This document shows positions 9,717-17,713 of a DNA stretch of 64,000 bases, in pieces. Source of the DNA: an uncultured Verrucomicrobiae bacterium (lineage in GTDB: Bacteria; Verrucomicrobiota; Verrucomicrobiia; Chthoniobacterales; JAFAMB01); assembly GCA_963750185.1 (NCBI GenBank), contig CAVVPV010000014.1:128521-192520 (forward strand), read 5' to 3'. Under the pieces are notes generated by a model. That model saw only the letters and a program-made list of their open reading frames with translations, had not been told where the DNA came from and searched no databases. The position numbers and the translations under genes were made by a program. Position 1 is the stretch's first letter, and each line of letters opens with the position of its first letter.

Positions 9717-10215
9717 GCCACGGAGAGAAGCGGTGTCGGCGCTTGGGTCGCATCGAGACGCCTCTACCGTCGCGTGTCGGAACTCGCAAGCCGCAAGCAA
9801 GACTTGGACCGAAGAAGATTTCCGTAGCCAGGTTGCCGGTTACCGGAAGCGATGTTTTTGGTCGAGAGGAGGATATCGCCTTTCTGGATCGTGCATGGGC
9901 AAACAAGGATGTCAACGTCGTCACAATCGTTGCCTGGGCTGGGGTCAGGAAATCCACGCTCGTTAACCATTGGCTTCGACGGATGGCTACTGGCCATTAT
10001 CGTTCTGCGGAGCTTATTTTTGGGTGGTCCTTCTACAGACAGGGCAGTAGTGGGGAGACTTCGTCCGCAGTTGAATCTCTTGATGCGGCTCTCAACTGGT
10101 TTGGAGATCCAGATCCACGGCTCGGAACGGGATGGGAGAAAGGCGAAAGGCTCGCGAAGCTCGTCGCGAATCGTTGAACCTTATTGGTGGTGGATGGCTT
10201 GGAGCCGCTCCAAAA
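9713..10215 (+). pseudogene. STAND (NB-ARC/NACHT-type) P-loop NTPase, N-terminal remnant only
   Basis: VFGREEDIAFLDRAWANKDVNVVTIVAWAGVRKSTLVNHWL is a STAND N-terminus whose Walker A Gly is replaced by Arg (AGG at 9947-9949). An in-frame TGA lies at 10175-10177. Walker-B-like TLLVVDGLEPLQ follows, then homology ends. Confidence 0.7.
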
Positions 10216-10510
10216 GCGGATTTTTACGCTTGATTTTGAGGTATTTACGCGAACAGGTTACCTTCGAGTTACCTTACAACTCGGGTTTTTACCCCATGTC
10301 ATGACCTTGCCACCCTCAAGAAAATCGACTGTGGCTAAAGGGTGGTTAAGTAAATTCTAATTTCCGCTCCTCCAAGAATCGCTCTGACCGTGTGGTCTAA
10401 ACAAAGTCCCAAGCCCGGGACCTCTGCCGTGACAGGGCAGGTATTTCTAGAAGAGAGCTCTAGCCAGGTGGAGCAGAAAGTCAGCAGCTTTTGCGAAATT
10501 AAGTAAACAA

Positions 10511-10926
10511 CTATTCCTGCTTCAAAAGAATAGTGAATCCAGCCTGCTCGAAGTGGTGATCATTCGTCAGAACCTCGAAGAGCCCGCGGCTGCGCATTAC
10601 TAAGATCGATGCACAATCAGTCAAGCTCCACTCCTTGTCGATGTGCCGAATGTATTCCGAAAGTGCACGTTGGAAAAGCGAAGTCGTTTGGAGTTCGATC
10701 TCGATATTAGGATCGCTTCGAATCTCTTGAATGAAATCGCCAGCGCTTTGCGAAGAAAAGCTCCGCGCCAGCTAAAGAAGTTTGCCAACTCGGTCAAAAT
10801 CATTTCCGTGGTCACAAGCATGTCACTTGCGTGCTGCCGGGAAACCCCCTTGGCAAGTTCGTGGAGCGAGTCTTTTTGGTGCAATAAGGCGACCCAGTAT
10901 ACCGTGTCTGCGAAGAGTCGCCTCAT
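10511..10926 (-). pseudogene. PIN-domain (VapC-like) toxin gene carrying a frameshift
   Basis: Frame 1 reads MRRLFADTVYWVALLHQKD...LVTTEMILTELANF (PIN Asp/Glu positions). Another frame continues ...DPNIEIELQTTSLFQRALSEYIRHIDKEWSLTDCASILVMRSRGLFEVLTNDHHFEQAGFTILLKQE*, a typical PIN C-terminus. The frame switch lies near 10741-10770. Confidence 0.75.
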
Positions 10927-11853
10927 TCACCTTCTCCTCGGGGCTCCATACAAGTAGTGATCCAAGTTAACAGAAGCATCCTTGGGTAATTTATCCCACT
11001 CCTCTTCAGGAACACGGCGCGCGACTTCTTCCGCAATTTCCCAAATGGGTCGTCGCGCTGTCGTCTCAGCGACCGTAGCTACGGATAAGACATTGAATTC
11101 ACTGACTTTCTCAATCCGCAACAGCTCTCCGGTAGTCCCTCCGAACTCACCGATCCCCCTGATTTCTAAGTGCGACGTCTTATGGTTTCGTAGCGCCTCA
11201 GTAATTGTTGATTCTTGGTCTTCAGAGAATTTCCCAGTCACTTTCAATTCATCATCCAATCGGAGGGTGAACGTACGGGAATCTAAATTTGCTGCCCGCA
11301 GTTCCCCCCTGAGTGTGATCTCATCTTGAAAGTCTGCCGCTATCCTCTTTTCAAAAAGAAACTTGGTATCACGAGTAAACGTCGCCTTCTTGCCAGATCT
11401 TCCAGAGGCAAAACTAATCGCTTCATCCGCGGACAGATACCGGGTGAGCTCCGCGAACATTGGGACCACACGGCGCGAAAGACCCCGAGGAAGCCGTTGT
11501 TCATTCTGAACGGCTGTTATTGAATCCGCTATGAGGTCAACCGCTTCGTCGAACTCATCCTCTGGCGGCTCAATTATCAGAGAATCATCCGGCGCACTAT
11601 AAATGCGCTCCAGCGGCACCGTAGTGCTCCCGCCCTGGATAGAAAACATCTTTACACAGAAGCGATCTTCGAAATTCACCGCTAACCGCTCGCGTTCAGG
11701 ATTTCTTCTCCTCCAGATATCTTTCGCAACTTCGGCTATTAAGGATTTAAAGGCTACAATCTCGGGCAGTACATCGAGATCGAGTCCGTGGTCTTCAAAT
11801 CTAGCGCCATGGAAGGTCTGCTTAGCCAGGGTGTAATGTTTAAAGGCGCTCAT
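10927..11853 (-). CDS. 308-aa protein: unknown ~260-aa N-terminal region plus antitoxin-like C-terminal tail, coupled to the PIN gene
   Basis: The stop TGA (10927-10929) abuts the PIN ATG (TGAATG). The C-terminal RRPIWEIAEEVARRVPEEEWDKLPKDASVNLDHYLYG resembles short antitoxins found upstream of PIN toxins. The N-terminal region has no family I can name. Confidence 0.55.
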   Translation of the reverse strand: MSAFKHYTLAKQTFHGARFEDHGLDLDVLPEIVAFKSLIAEVAKDIWRRRNPERERLAVNFEDRFCVKMFSIQGGSTTVPLERIYSAPDDSLIIEPPEDEFDEAVDLIADSITAVQNEQRLPRGLSRRVVPMFAELTRYLSADEAISFASGRSGKKATFTRDTKFLFEKRIAADFQDEITLRGELRAANLDSRTFTLRLDDELKVTGKFSEDQESTITEALRNHKTSHLEIRGIGEFGGTTGELLRIEKVSEFNVLSVATVAETTARRPIWEIAEEVARRVPEEEWDKLPKDASVNLDHYLYGAPRRR

Positions 11854-12042
11854 TATGGTACAATCCCTCCACGCAAAGTTACTTTGGTGCTCTAAAGATG
11901 GGAAGAGTCAAGTTCACGCTATTTTCGCACAGTGTTCACTTGAACACAAACGCAACATTTCACTCCGTTTAATCTCATTAATCATCTCGCATTACCGCTT
12001 GTGTTGCGGGATGTTACGCAAGACTAAAGGAGGTGTTCCAAG

Positions 12043-12180
12043 ATGCCGACTTCCAAGAAAGATGCGAGCAAAGCCAGCCGGTTCCTCTCGAATCCGAAAA
12101 GCCCAAAGAACGTAAAGAGCGTCGCGGGTTCTGATTTGTCTCAAGCAAAGAACCAAAAGAAGAATCAGAAAAAGCGCTAG
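12043..12180 (+). CDS. Small Lys/Ser-rich basic protein (45 aa)
   Basis: Not in the ORF track because it is under 60 aa. A strong SD (AAAGGAGGTG at 12027-12036) sits 6 nt before the ATG. Product MPTSKKDASKASRFLSNPKSPKNVKSVAGSDLSQAKNQKKNQKKR. Confidence 0.4.
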   Translation: MPTSKKDASKASRFLSNPKSPKNVKSVAGSDLSQAKNQKKNQKKR

Positions 12181-12485
12181 TAACGATTCTTCGTTGACCT
12201 TTGGGTGCGAATGCCGCGCGGCGCGACGCAGAGGGCATATTTCAGCGATTAAACAGATTCGCATATCCGAGTTGCAAAGCATTTCCACCAAGATGCCCTA
12301 GGATGTCCACGCGCGGCATCCTTCCATTCTTCCATCTCTCTTCCCCTAACCCCCTTGCTCTATCGCCTTGATACCACGTTTTGCCTCAACGCCCGCGCCT
12401 TGCGCTTCAACTTTCGTGTGCCGCGTGGCAATATTGAAGGCATTTTAAATTGCTTAGGGGCGGTTACAGTGCCACAATGGGATTT

Positions 12486-12596
12486 ATGGCTGAGCGCCAC
12501 CTAACGACACAGGTATTTACGCCTAGCAGCCCAGCGAAACTAACCTTCGTTGAGCGCGAAGCAGTGAACGACCAATTTTTCGGGCAGTTGCATTAG
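12486..12596 (+). pseudogene. Orphan N-terminal stub (36 aa) of a P-loop ATPase-type gene
   Basis: MAERHLTTQVFTPSSPAKLTFVEREAVNDQFFGQLH* resembles the lead-in that precedes the Walker A loop in a class of ATP-binding proteins (VFTPxxPAxxxFVERExxN). It ends in a stop and no P-loop follows. Confidence 0.35.
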
Positions 12597-12930
12597 GCAT
12601 GTTCAACGAGCGTGAGCGCAACCAACGTTCATTTGGCTACTATGTACCGGCGGAGTTCAACTACCAACTGGAGAGCCGAATGCCGGAGATCGGCCTGTTC
12701 GGTTCGGGAGGAGGGGCGTCGCTAACCGACGTCCCTACCTCATCACCCGACACTAGTCCGCTTCAGGCGATCCGCACCGAGAGTCAAATCGTCAAGCGCG
12801 TTTGTTTGCATCATAGTCTCTTGGTGAAGCAAAAGCACTTTCACTTCGGAAAATCCGAGAGCTTGCGTTTCAGCTCGGCCAGTCCGATGATGCTTACTCC
12901 ATTCTTGATAAAACTCGCATGATCTGATCT

Positions 12931-13653
12931 ATGTCGCAGGAGGACTCAATCGACCTACTTGTTTGGCGAGCACGCCGGAGGGATGAAGTGATCATTGCAA
13001 ACCCAGCCACAATCCAGAGAGCGATTGAAAGGGGCGAGCCGATTACTGAGCCTCCACGCCTCTCGGCGGAAGACGCGATCACCAAGCTCTTCGACGAGCG
13101 CAAGCAACACGCACTTTCGCTCGCGTCTTCGTTGCTGCCTTGCCCCTTCTCGGATACGGCGATCCTTTATCTCTATGATCAGATTAGACTTTGCATCCTG
13201 TTCAACCTCGATGGAGCAGCAATTACTTTTTGCGGGATACTGGTCGAATATGCGCTGAAATACGCGACCTACCGAAAGGAAAATCTCGGCACTACGAGCT
13301 TCGACTCATCAGCCTGGGACCAGTTTGAAAACCTTACGCTAGCCCAGGCCATTTCTCGGGCGAAAAAAGCGCGACTGATCGACGAAGCACGCGAAAAGGC
13401 CCTTCATTTGTTCAGAGAAAACCTTCGTAACAGGTACAGCCACTTCAATATTCAAAAGATCACAAAAGACGTCTTCTTTTCGGCGGCGAAACAGAAGAAC
13501 ATGGAGACGGGAGAGGAAAAGCCTGTCGAACTGGCTGCGTCCACCCCGACGTTACAGATTCTCGCTAAGAATCGGCTGGATGAAGACAACGTGATGAACG
13601 TGTTCAAGTTCGCAGATCGTATTATGCGCGACCTTTCTGGAATATCGTCTTGA
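12931..13653 (+). CDS. DUF4145/HEPN-like protein (240 aa)
   Basis: AAITFCGILVEYALKY ... LTLAQAISRAKKARLIDEAREKALHLFRENLRNRYSHFN follows the helical layout of DUF4145-type HEPN domains and carries an R-x4-H motif (RNRYSH). Confidence 0.5.
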   Translation: MSQEDSIDLLVWRARRRDEVIIANPATIQRAIERGEPITEPPRLSAEDAITKLFDERKQHALSLASSLLPCPFSDTAILYLYDQIRLCILFNLDGAAITFCGILVEYALKYATYRKENLGTTSFDSSAWDQFENLTLAQAISRAKKARLIDEAREKALHLFRENLRNRYSHFNIQKITKDVFFSAAKQKNMETGEEKPVELAASTPTLQILAKNRLDEDNVMNVFKFADRIMRDLSGISS

Positions 13654-13691
13654 GCTTCTCTTCCGGCTCCCCACGACCTGGCGGTGATCTT

Positions 13692-14297
13692 CTATAGAAC
13701 TTTGTTTCCGCCCATTCGGTGTATATCGGGAAGGCTGACAGTGCGGATAGAGGGGCCGTGCTTCGGGATTCGTCTCTGATCGATTTCGAAAACGCGGAAG
13801 TTCGGTGAGAGTTCACACTGAACGATTTCATTGTAATTCCAGTAGACGAGGAGCACGAGAAGACCAGCGGCTGATTTCAGAACGTTGCCAAGGTTTGCTT
13901 CTTTGAAGAATTCGTCTCGATGATGTTTCACCTTTTGGTGGAATTCCCACCAATCGGGACTAGCGTTGCCTTGCGTCTCTTGCCAATTCTTCCACGGTGT
14001 TAAAGCGAGAGGGACAGGTAATACGGTGACCTTGAGTTGGGGTAGGAAGTCATGATGCGCTGGAATAATGCGTCTGTAATCTCGAATGTCTCGAATGTTG
14101 CCTGGGTCTTCGTCGCCCTTGATGCGTTTGCAGAGTAGTTTGGCCACTACATCGATTTCTGAGCAGATCGAAAGATAAAGCCCTGCCAGATAAACGGAAT
14201 AGGCGGGAAAATTTGCCTCCGCGAACTCCACCTGCCGAGAGAACGTGTGCAACTCCTCGTCAATCATCTCGAAGAAGGACCAGTGAAGATGAGCCAT
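13692..14297 (-). CDS. Hypothetical protein (201 aa), possible HEPN-like helical protein
   Basis: Convergent with 12931..13653, 38 bp apart. Motifs YRRIIPAHH (R-x4/5-H) and DWWEFHQKVKHHRDEFFKEANLGNVLKSAAGLLVLL. No secure family assignment. Confidence 0.45.
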   Translation of the reverse strand: MAHLHWSFFEMIDEELHTFSRQVEFAEANFPAYSVYLAGLYLSICSEIDVVAKLLCKRIKGDEDPGNIRDIRDYRRIIPAHHDFLPQLKVTVLPVPLALTPWKNWQETQGNASPDWWEFHQKVKHHRDEFFKEANLGNVLKSAAGLLVLLVYWNYNEIVQCELSPNFRVFEIDQRRIPKHGPSIRTVSLPDIHRMGGNKVL

Positions 14298-14674
14298 AGG
14301 GCAATCAATTCAATCAAGCTACGCTTGCAAAGAATCTTGTAGTGCTTTTACTTTTGCTTCCAACATTGCATCAGTCGCAATAGTTTTTCCCCTGCACCAA
14401 TCCTATTTCGTAGTTTTTGATTCCAACGCTTCCCTCTTTGGTCGCATTTCCGATAGGAAATGTTTCTAATGTTATAATATAAAAATGCTAATGTAAATGC
14501 ATTAGCTCGGTTATTTTTCAGTGTATATTGTTGCACCGCTGACAGCGCTTTTTATTTAGTTTGACATTCTTAAATCGCGGTCGGCCGTTTTCCGCTTGAC
14601 TAACCACCTATTCCAGTTTATGCCAGTTACATGTCACAATCATTGTTACTTATTATACCACCGGAGATCATCAA

Positions 14675-14893
14675 ATGAGTGTAGGCGACATACGACAACT
14701 TTACCCTGAACAGTTCGAGCGAATCATGCAGCTCGGCGAACTCCGCGCCCAAAATCTTGCCAAATGGGCCGAACGAAAAGAGCGAAAAGAGGCTAAACGT
14801 CGAGATTCTCGCTGTGGGCTGCTGGACCGCCGAAACAATTCGCGCCTTCGCGGATCGGCTTTGGCCGGACGGATCTTAATTGAGCTGGCTTGA
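14675..14893 (+). CDS. Hypothetical small protein (72 aa), doubtful
   Basis: GGAGA lies 8 nt upstream of the ATG and the ORF follows an AT-rich promoter-like region. The Arg-rich C-terminal half looks non-native, and a +1 frame reads more protein-like (VEILAVGCWTAETIRAFADRLWPDGS), so this may be a frameshifted remnant. Confidence 0.25.
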   Translation: MSVGDIRQLYPEQFERIMQLGELRAQNLAKWAERKERKEAKRRDSRCGLLDRRNNSRLRGSALAGRILIELA

Positions 14894-15067
14894 TCAATAT
14901 CGCCCTCGTCCGCGGGCGTACATGGACGATACACGCGAGAGCGCATGCACCGGTGCTCGGTGGGTTCGCGCATTTGTGCGTCGAATCGCTAGGAAACGAT
15001 CAACCGGCACTTTTTTTCCGATGCGAGTTGACCTGCCGTTCGGCGTTAAATTACAAGGCGGAGAAAC

Positions 15068-15988
15068 ATGAAAATCTGGATCAACCGAGCCGGTCAGAAT
15101 GTTGGGACGTTTACCCAGGAAGAAGTCCAACAAGGGTTGAACGACGGTCGGTTTATCGCGACCGATCTTGCTTGGCAGGATGGCATGGAGACCTGGAAAC
15201 CGCTTTCGGAATTTCCTGGAGTACAGGTTCCACCTCCGCAGCCGCCGGCAGCTGCATTCACGGAACAGGGCGCACCGTTTGCCCCACCATCGATGAATTC
15301 GCAGCAGTTGACGACTGTCACACGGGCGATGGAAGATGGGCCCTCGTGGGAGCATCGAAAAGAGCTAGGCTTTTGGAAAGCGCTCGTTGAGACCTGGAAA
15401 GAAGTCTTGTTGCGTCCGGGGACCAGTTTCCCCCTGATGAAGACCAGTGGCGGATTCAGCACGCCGATCGGGTTTAACATCGTCATGTTGGTGGTATTGG
15501 CTATCCCGACGTTCGTGTATTCGCTGTTGTGGTCTGGACTTATGGGTATGGCGGCCTCTGGAGCCTCCCCGCAGGACGAGGCTGCGACGAGGGTCGCTTT
15601 GGGGCTTGGGCCCGCTTTCACTGCGGTTTTTGTGGTTTTGATGATCCCGATCGGGATCGCGTCAACCTTCGTCAACGCCGGATTGTTTCATCTGTGTCTT
15701 TCACTTTTCAAAGGAACCTCGAAAAGCTACGAGGCCACCTATCGCGTATTATCCTATTCTTCCGGTGCCTACGTGTTCGCAGTTGTTCCGTTTGTCGGCG
15801 GCAGCGTTGCCGGAATCTGGTACCTCGTATCGACGATCATCGGCTTGTCAAAGGTGCATAAGACTGAACCCTGGCGCGCGATCGTCGGCGTTTTGCTTCC
15901 GGTAGTTCTTTGCTGCACCATTTTGTTTGGTGCATACGCCACCTTGATCGCGATCGTGATTGCCTCTCATGCGCACGCGAACACTTAG
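15068..15988 (+). CDS. GYF_2 (DUF4339) domain fused to a Yip1-family membrane domain
   Basis: MKIWINRAGQNVGTFTQEEVQQGLNDGRFIATDLAWQDGMETWKPLSEF is the GYF_2 signature. The C-terminal half has five hydrophobic helices of Yip1 type. Confidence 0.75.
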   Translation: MKIWINRAGQNVGTFTQEEVQQGLNDGRFIATDLAWQDGMETWKPLSEFPGVQVPPPQPPAAAFTEQGAPFAPPSMNSQQLTTVTRAMEDGPSWEHRKELGFWKALVETWKEVLLRPGTSFPLMKTSGGFSTPIGFNIVMLVVLAIPTFVYSLLWSGLMGMAASGASPQDEAATRVALGLGPAFTAVFVVLMIPIGIASTFVNAGLFHLCLSLFKGTSKSYEATYRVLSYSSGAYVFAVVPFVGGSVAGIWYLVSTIIGLSKVHKTEPWRAIVGVLLPVVLCCTILFGAYATLIAIVIASHAHANT

Positions 15989-16010
15989 CCGCCTTCACAC
16001 CCGGCGCACT

Positions 16011-16088
16011 GTAGCATACGCGTCCCGCGTGTATTCCGTCCCCCATACCAAACTGCAAAAATAAATACACGCGGGACGCGTATGCTAC
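16011..16088. terminator. Perfect 25-bp palindrome (REP-like, probable terminator) after the GYF-Yip1 gene
   Basis: GTAGCATACGCGTCCCGCGTGTATT (16011-16035) pairs with AATACACGCGGGACGCGTATGCTAC (16064-16088). The loop is 28 nt. Confidence 0.6.
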
Positions 16089-16095
16089 CGCACAG

Positions 16096-16659
16096 ATGAG
16101 AAGGTCACCCGTTGCAAGCAGCTTGGGAAAAATTATGCAGCGGCGAACCGCGAAAGCTTTCGGGGAGTCCCTGTCCGGCGGCCGCCGGATCGACACTCCA
16201 TACGCCTTCCCCACAGGGTCGTGGGAATCGCGGGTTAGTCGCAGGGTCGGCTTAACGTTCCGACCGCTTGCTCCGAAGGAGACCGACTTTGAGTTTCTCT
16301 TTCTGACGGTCTCGTCCGGGTTCGCTGCAAGCTGTTTTGCATGGCTGAGTCTTGGACTGCCATGGCCCGGATGCTTGTTTCGACGTTTGACCGGGGTGCC
16401 TTGCCCGACCTGCGGAGCAACACGGTGTGCCATGGCTCTCGCGCATGGGGATCTTCTCGGTGCAATGCGGCACAACCCGTTGATGTTCGTTTGTTACGGG
16501 CTGACGGTCGTCGTCAATGTATACGCTGCGGCCGTCTTACTTTTCCGGCTGCCACGGCTTCGGTTACCCAGCCTGCCAGCCAAGGTCAAACGTGCGTTGA
16601 GTATACTCGTTGTACTGGGCCTGGGTGCGAACTGGATTTATCTCATCGCGCACCGTTGA
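16096..16659 (+). CDS. DUF2752 domain membrane protein
   Basis: CLFRRLTGVPCPTCGATRCAMALAHGDLLGAMRHNPLMF is the CPxCG-containing DUF2752 core. The start is uncertain. Confidence 0.7.
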   Translation: MRRSPVASSLGKIMQRRTAKAFGESLSGGRRIDTPYAFPTGSWESRVSRRVGLTFRPLAPKETDFEFLFLTVSSGFAASCFAWLSLGLPWPGCLFRRLTGVPCPTCGATRCAMALAHGDLLGAMRHNPLMFVCYGLTVVVNVYAAAVLLFRLPRLRLPSLPAKVKRALSILVVLGLGANWIYLIAHR

Positions 16660-17667
16660 TGTTGTGCGTGCCACGATGAATCCCGGGCTGATTGTGTGCT
16701 GATCGGCGCAATGCAGGTCGATCCCAGTGATGCCGGCGCGTTCCATGGCCTCCAGCGCGAGCTCCGGACGATTGCAATCGCGGCTCAGATGTCCAAGCAG
16801 GACGCGCCGCAACCGGTCGCCTGCGATCGAAGCAACCAGTTTAGCAGCCGCTTCGTTCGAGAGATGGCCGTGCCTGGACAATATCCGCTGCTTCACGGAC
16901 CAGGGGCGCTTGCTGTCCTCCTGTAACATTCGTTCATCGTGGTTGGTCTCCACTACCAGGATGTCGACATCTCGGATCCGCTCCAGAGCCAGCTTCGGCG
17001 CGTACCCGAGATCGGTCAGGAACCCGATTGACCCTTCGTTGGCAGTTAACACGAAGGCCACAGGATCAACGGCATCGTGCGGCACATAAAAACTTTGAAC
17101 CTCAACGTCCTTGATCGAAAAAACCGAGCCCGTTGCAAAAAGGTTCCAACGCGCATAATTCTCAAGAGCACCGTTACGCAGGGTCTCCGCTGTCAACGGG
17201 TTAGCAAAGATCGGAATGCTAAACCGTCTGCAAAACGTGTCCAGACCGGCGACGTGATCGTTGTGCTCGTGCGTGATAAGGATTCCGTCCAAACTTTCCG
17301 GTCGCACACCGATCAGGTCGAGCCGTTGAGAAATCTGGCGCGCGCTGAAACCGGCATCCACAAGCAGCCGGCAGTGGTCAGTCGCAATCAGCGAACAGTT
17401 ACCTCTGCTGCCACTTCCGAGAACCGTCAAACTGAACACTGGCTCATTAAAACTCAATCTCGAAGCGATGCCAACGACATTGCGCGCGATTTGCGAATTC
17501 AGAGAGCTCAAGCCGGCCGATGGTGCCCGAAAAATCGAGTAGGGATCCGGATGCCCGCTCGCCAAAAAAAATTTCTTGCCTTTCGCACAGTTCCTCGGGA
17601 GTCTCGAGGTGTCTAAAACGATCCACAATCGCACTCGGCCTTTCGGACGGAACCAAAACGCCGACAC
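16564..17667 (-). CDS. MBL-fold metallo-hydrolase
   Basis: LTVLGSGSRGNCSLI...LLVDAGFS...ILITHEHNDHVAGL (HxHxDH). The true start is probably downstream of 17667 (core begins ~17430). The 3' end overlaps the convergent DUF2752 ORF by 96 bp. Confidence 0.75.
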   Translation of the reverse strand: MSAFWFRPKGRVRLWIVLDTSRLPRNCAKGKKFFLASGHPDPYSIFRAPSAGLSSLNSQIARNVVGIASRLSFNEPVFSLTVLGSGSRGNCSLIATDHCRLLVDAGFSARQISQRLDLIGVRPESLDGILITHEHNDHVAGLDTFCRRFSIPIFANPLTAETLRNGALENYARWNLFATGSVFSIKDVEVQSFYVPHDAVDPVAFVLTANEGSIGFLTDLGYAPKLALERIRDVDILVVETNHDERMLQEDSKRPWSVKQRILSRHGHLSNEAAAKLVASIAGDRLRRVLLGHLSRDCNRPELALEAMERAGITGIDLHCADQHTISPGFIVARTTSTVRDEINPVRTQAQYNEYTQRTFDLGWQAG

Positions 17668-17713
17668 CGTTGAACGCGAACCTCTCTCCTTTCCAACAAC
17701 ACCCCAGCTCCGT

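Noticed and set aside
14894-15675. Minus-strand ORFs 14894..15355 and 15094..15675
   Set aside because: They are antisense to the GYF-Yip1 gene and its upstream region, with low-complexity Arg/Pro/Ser composition and no motifs.
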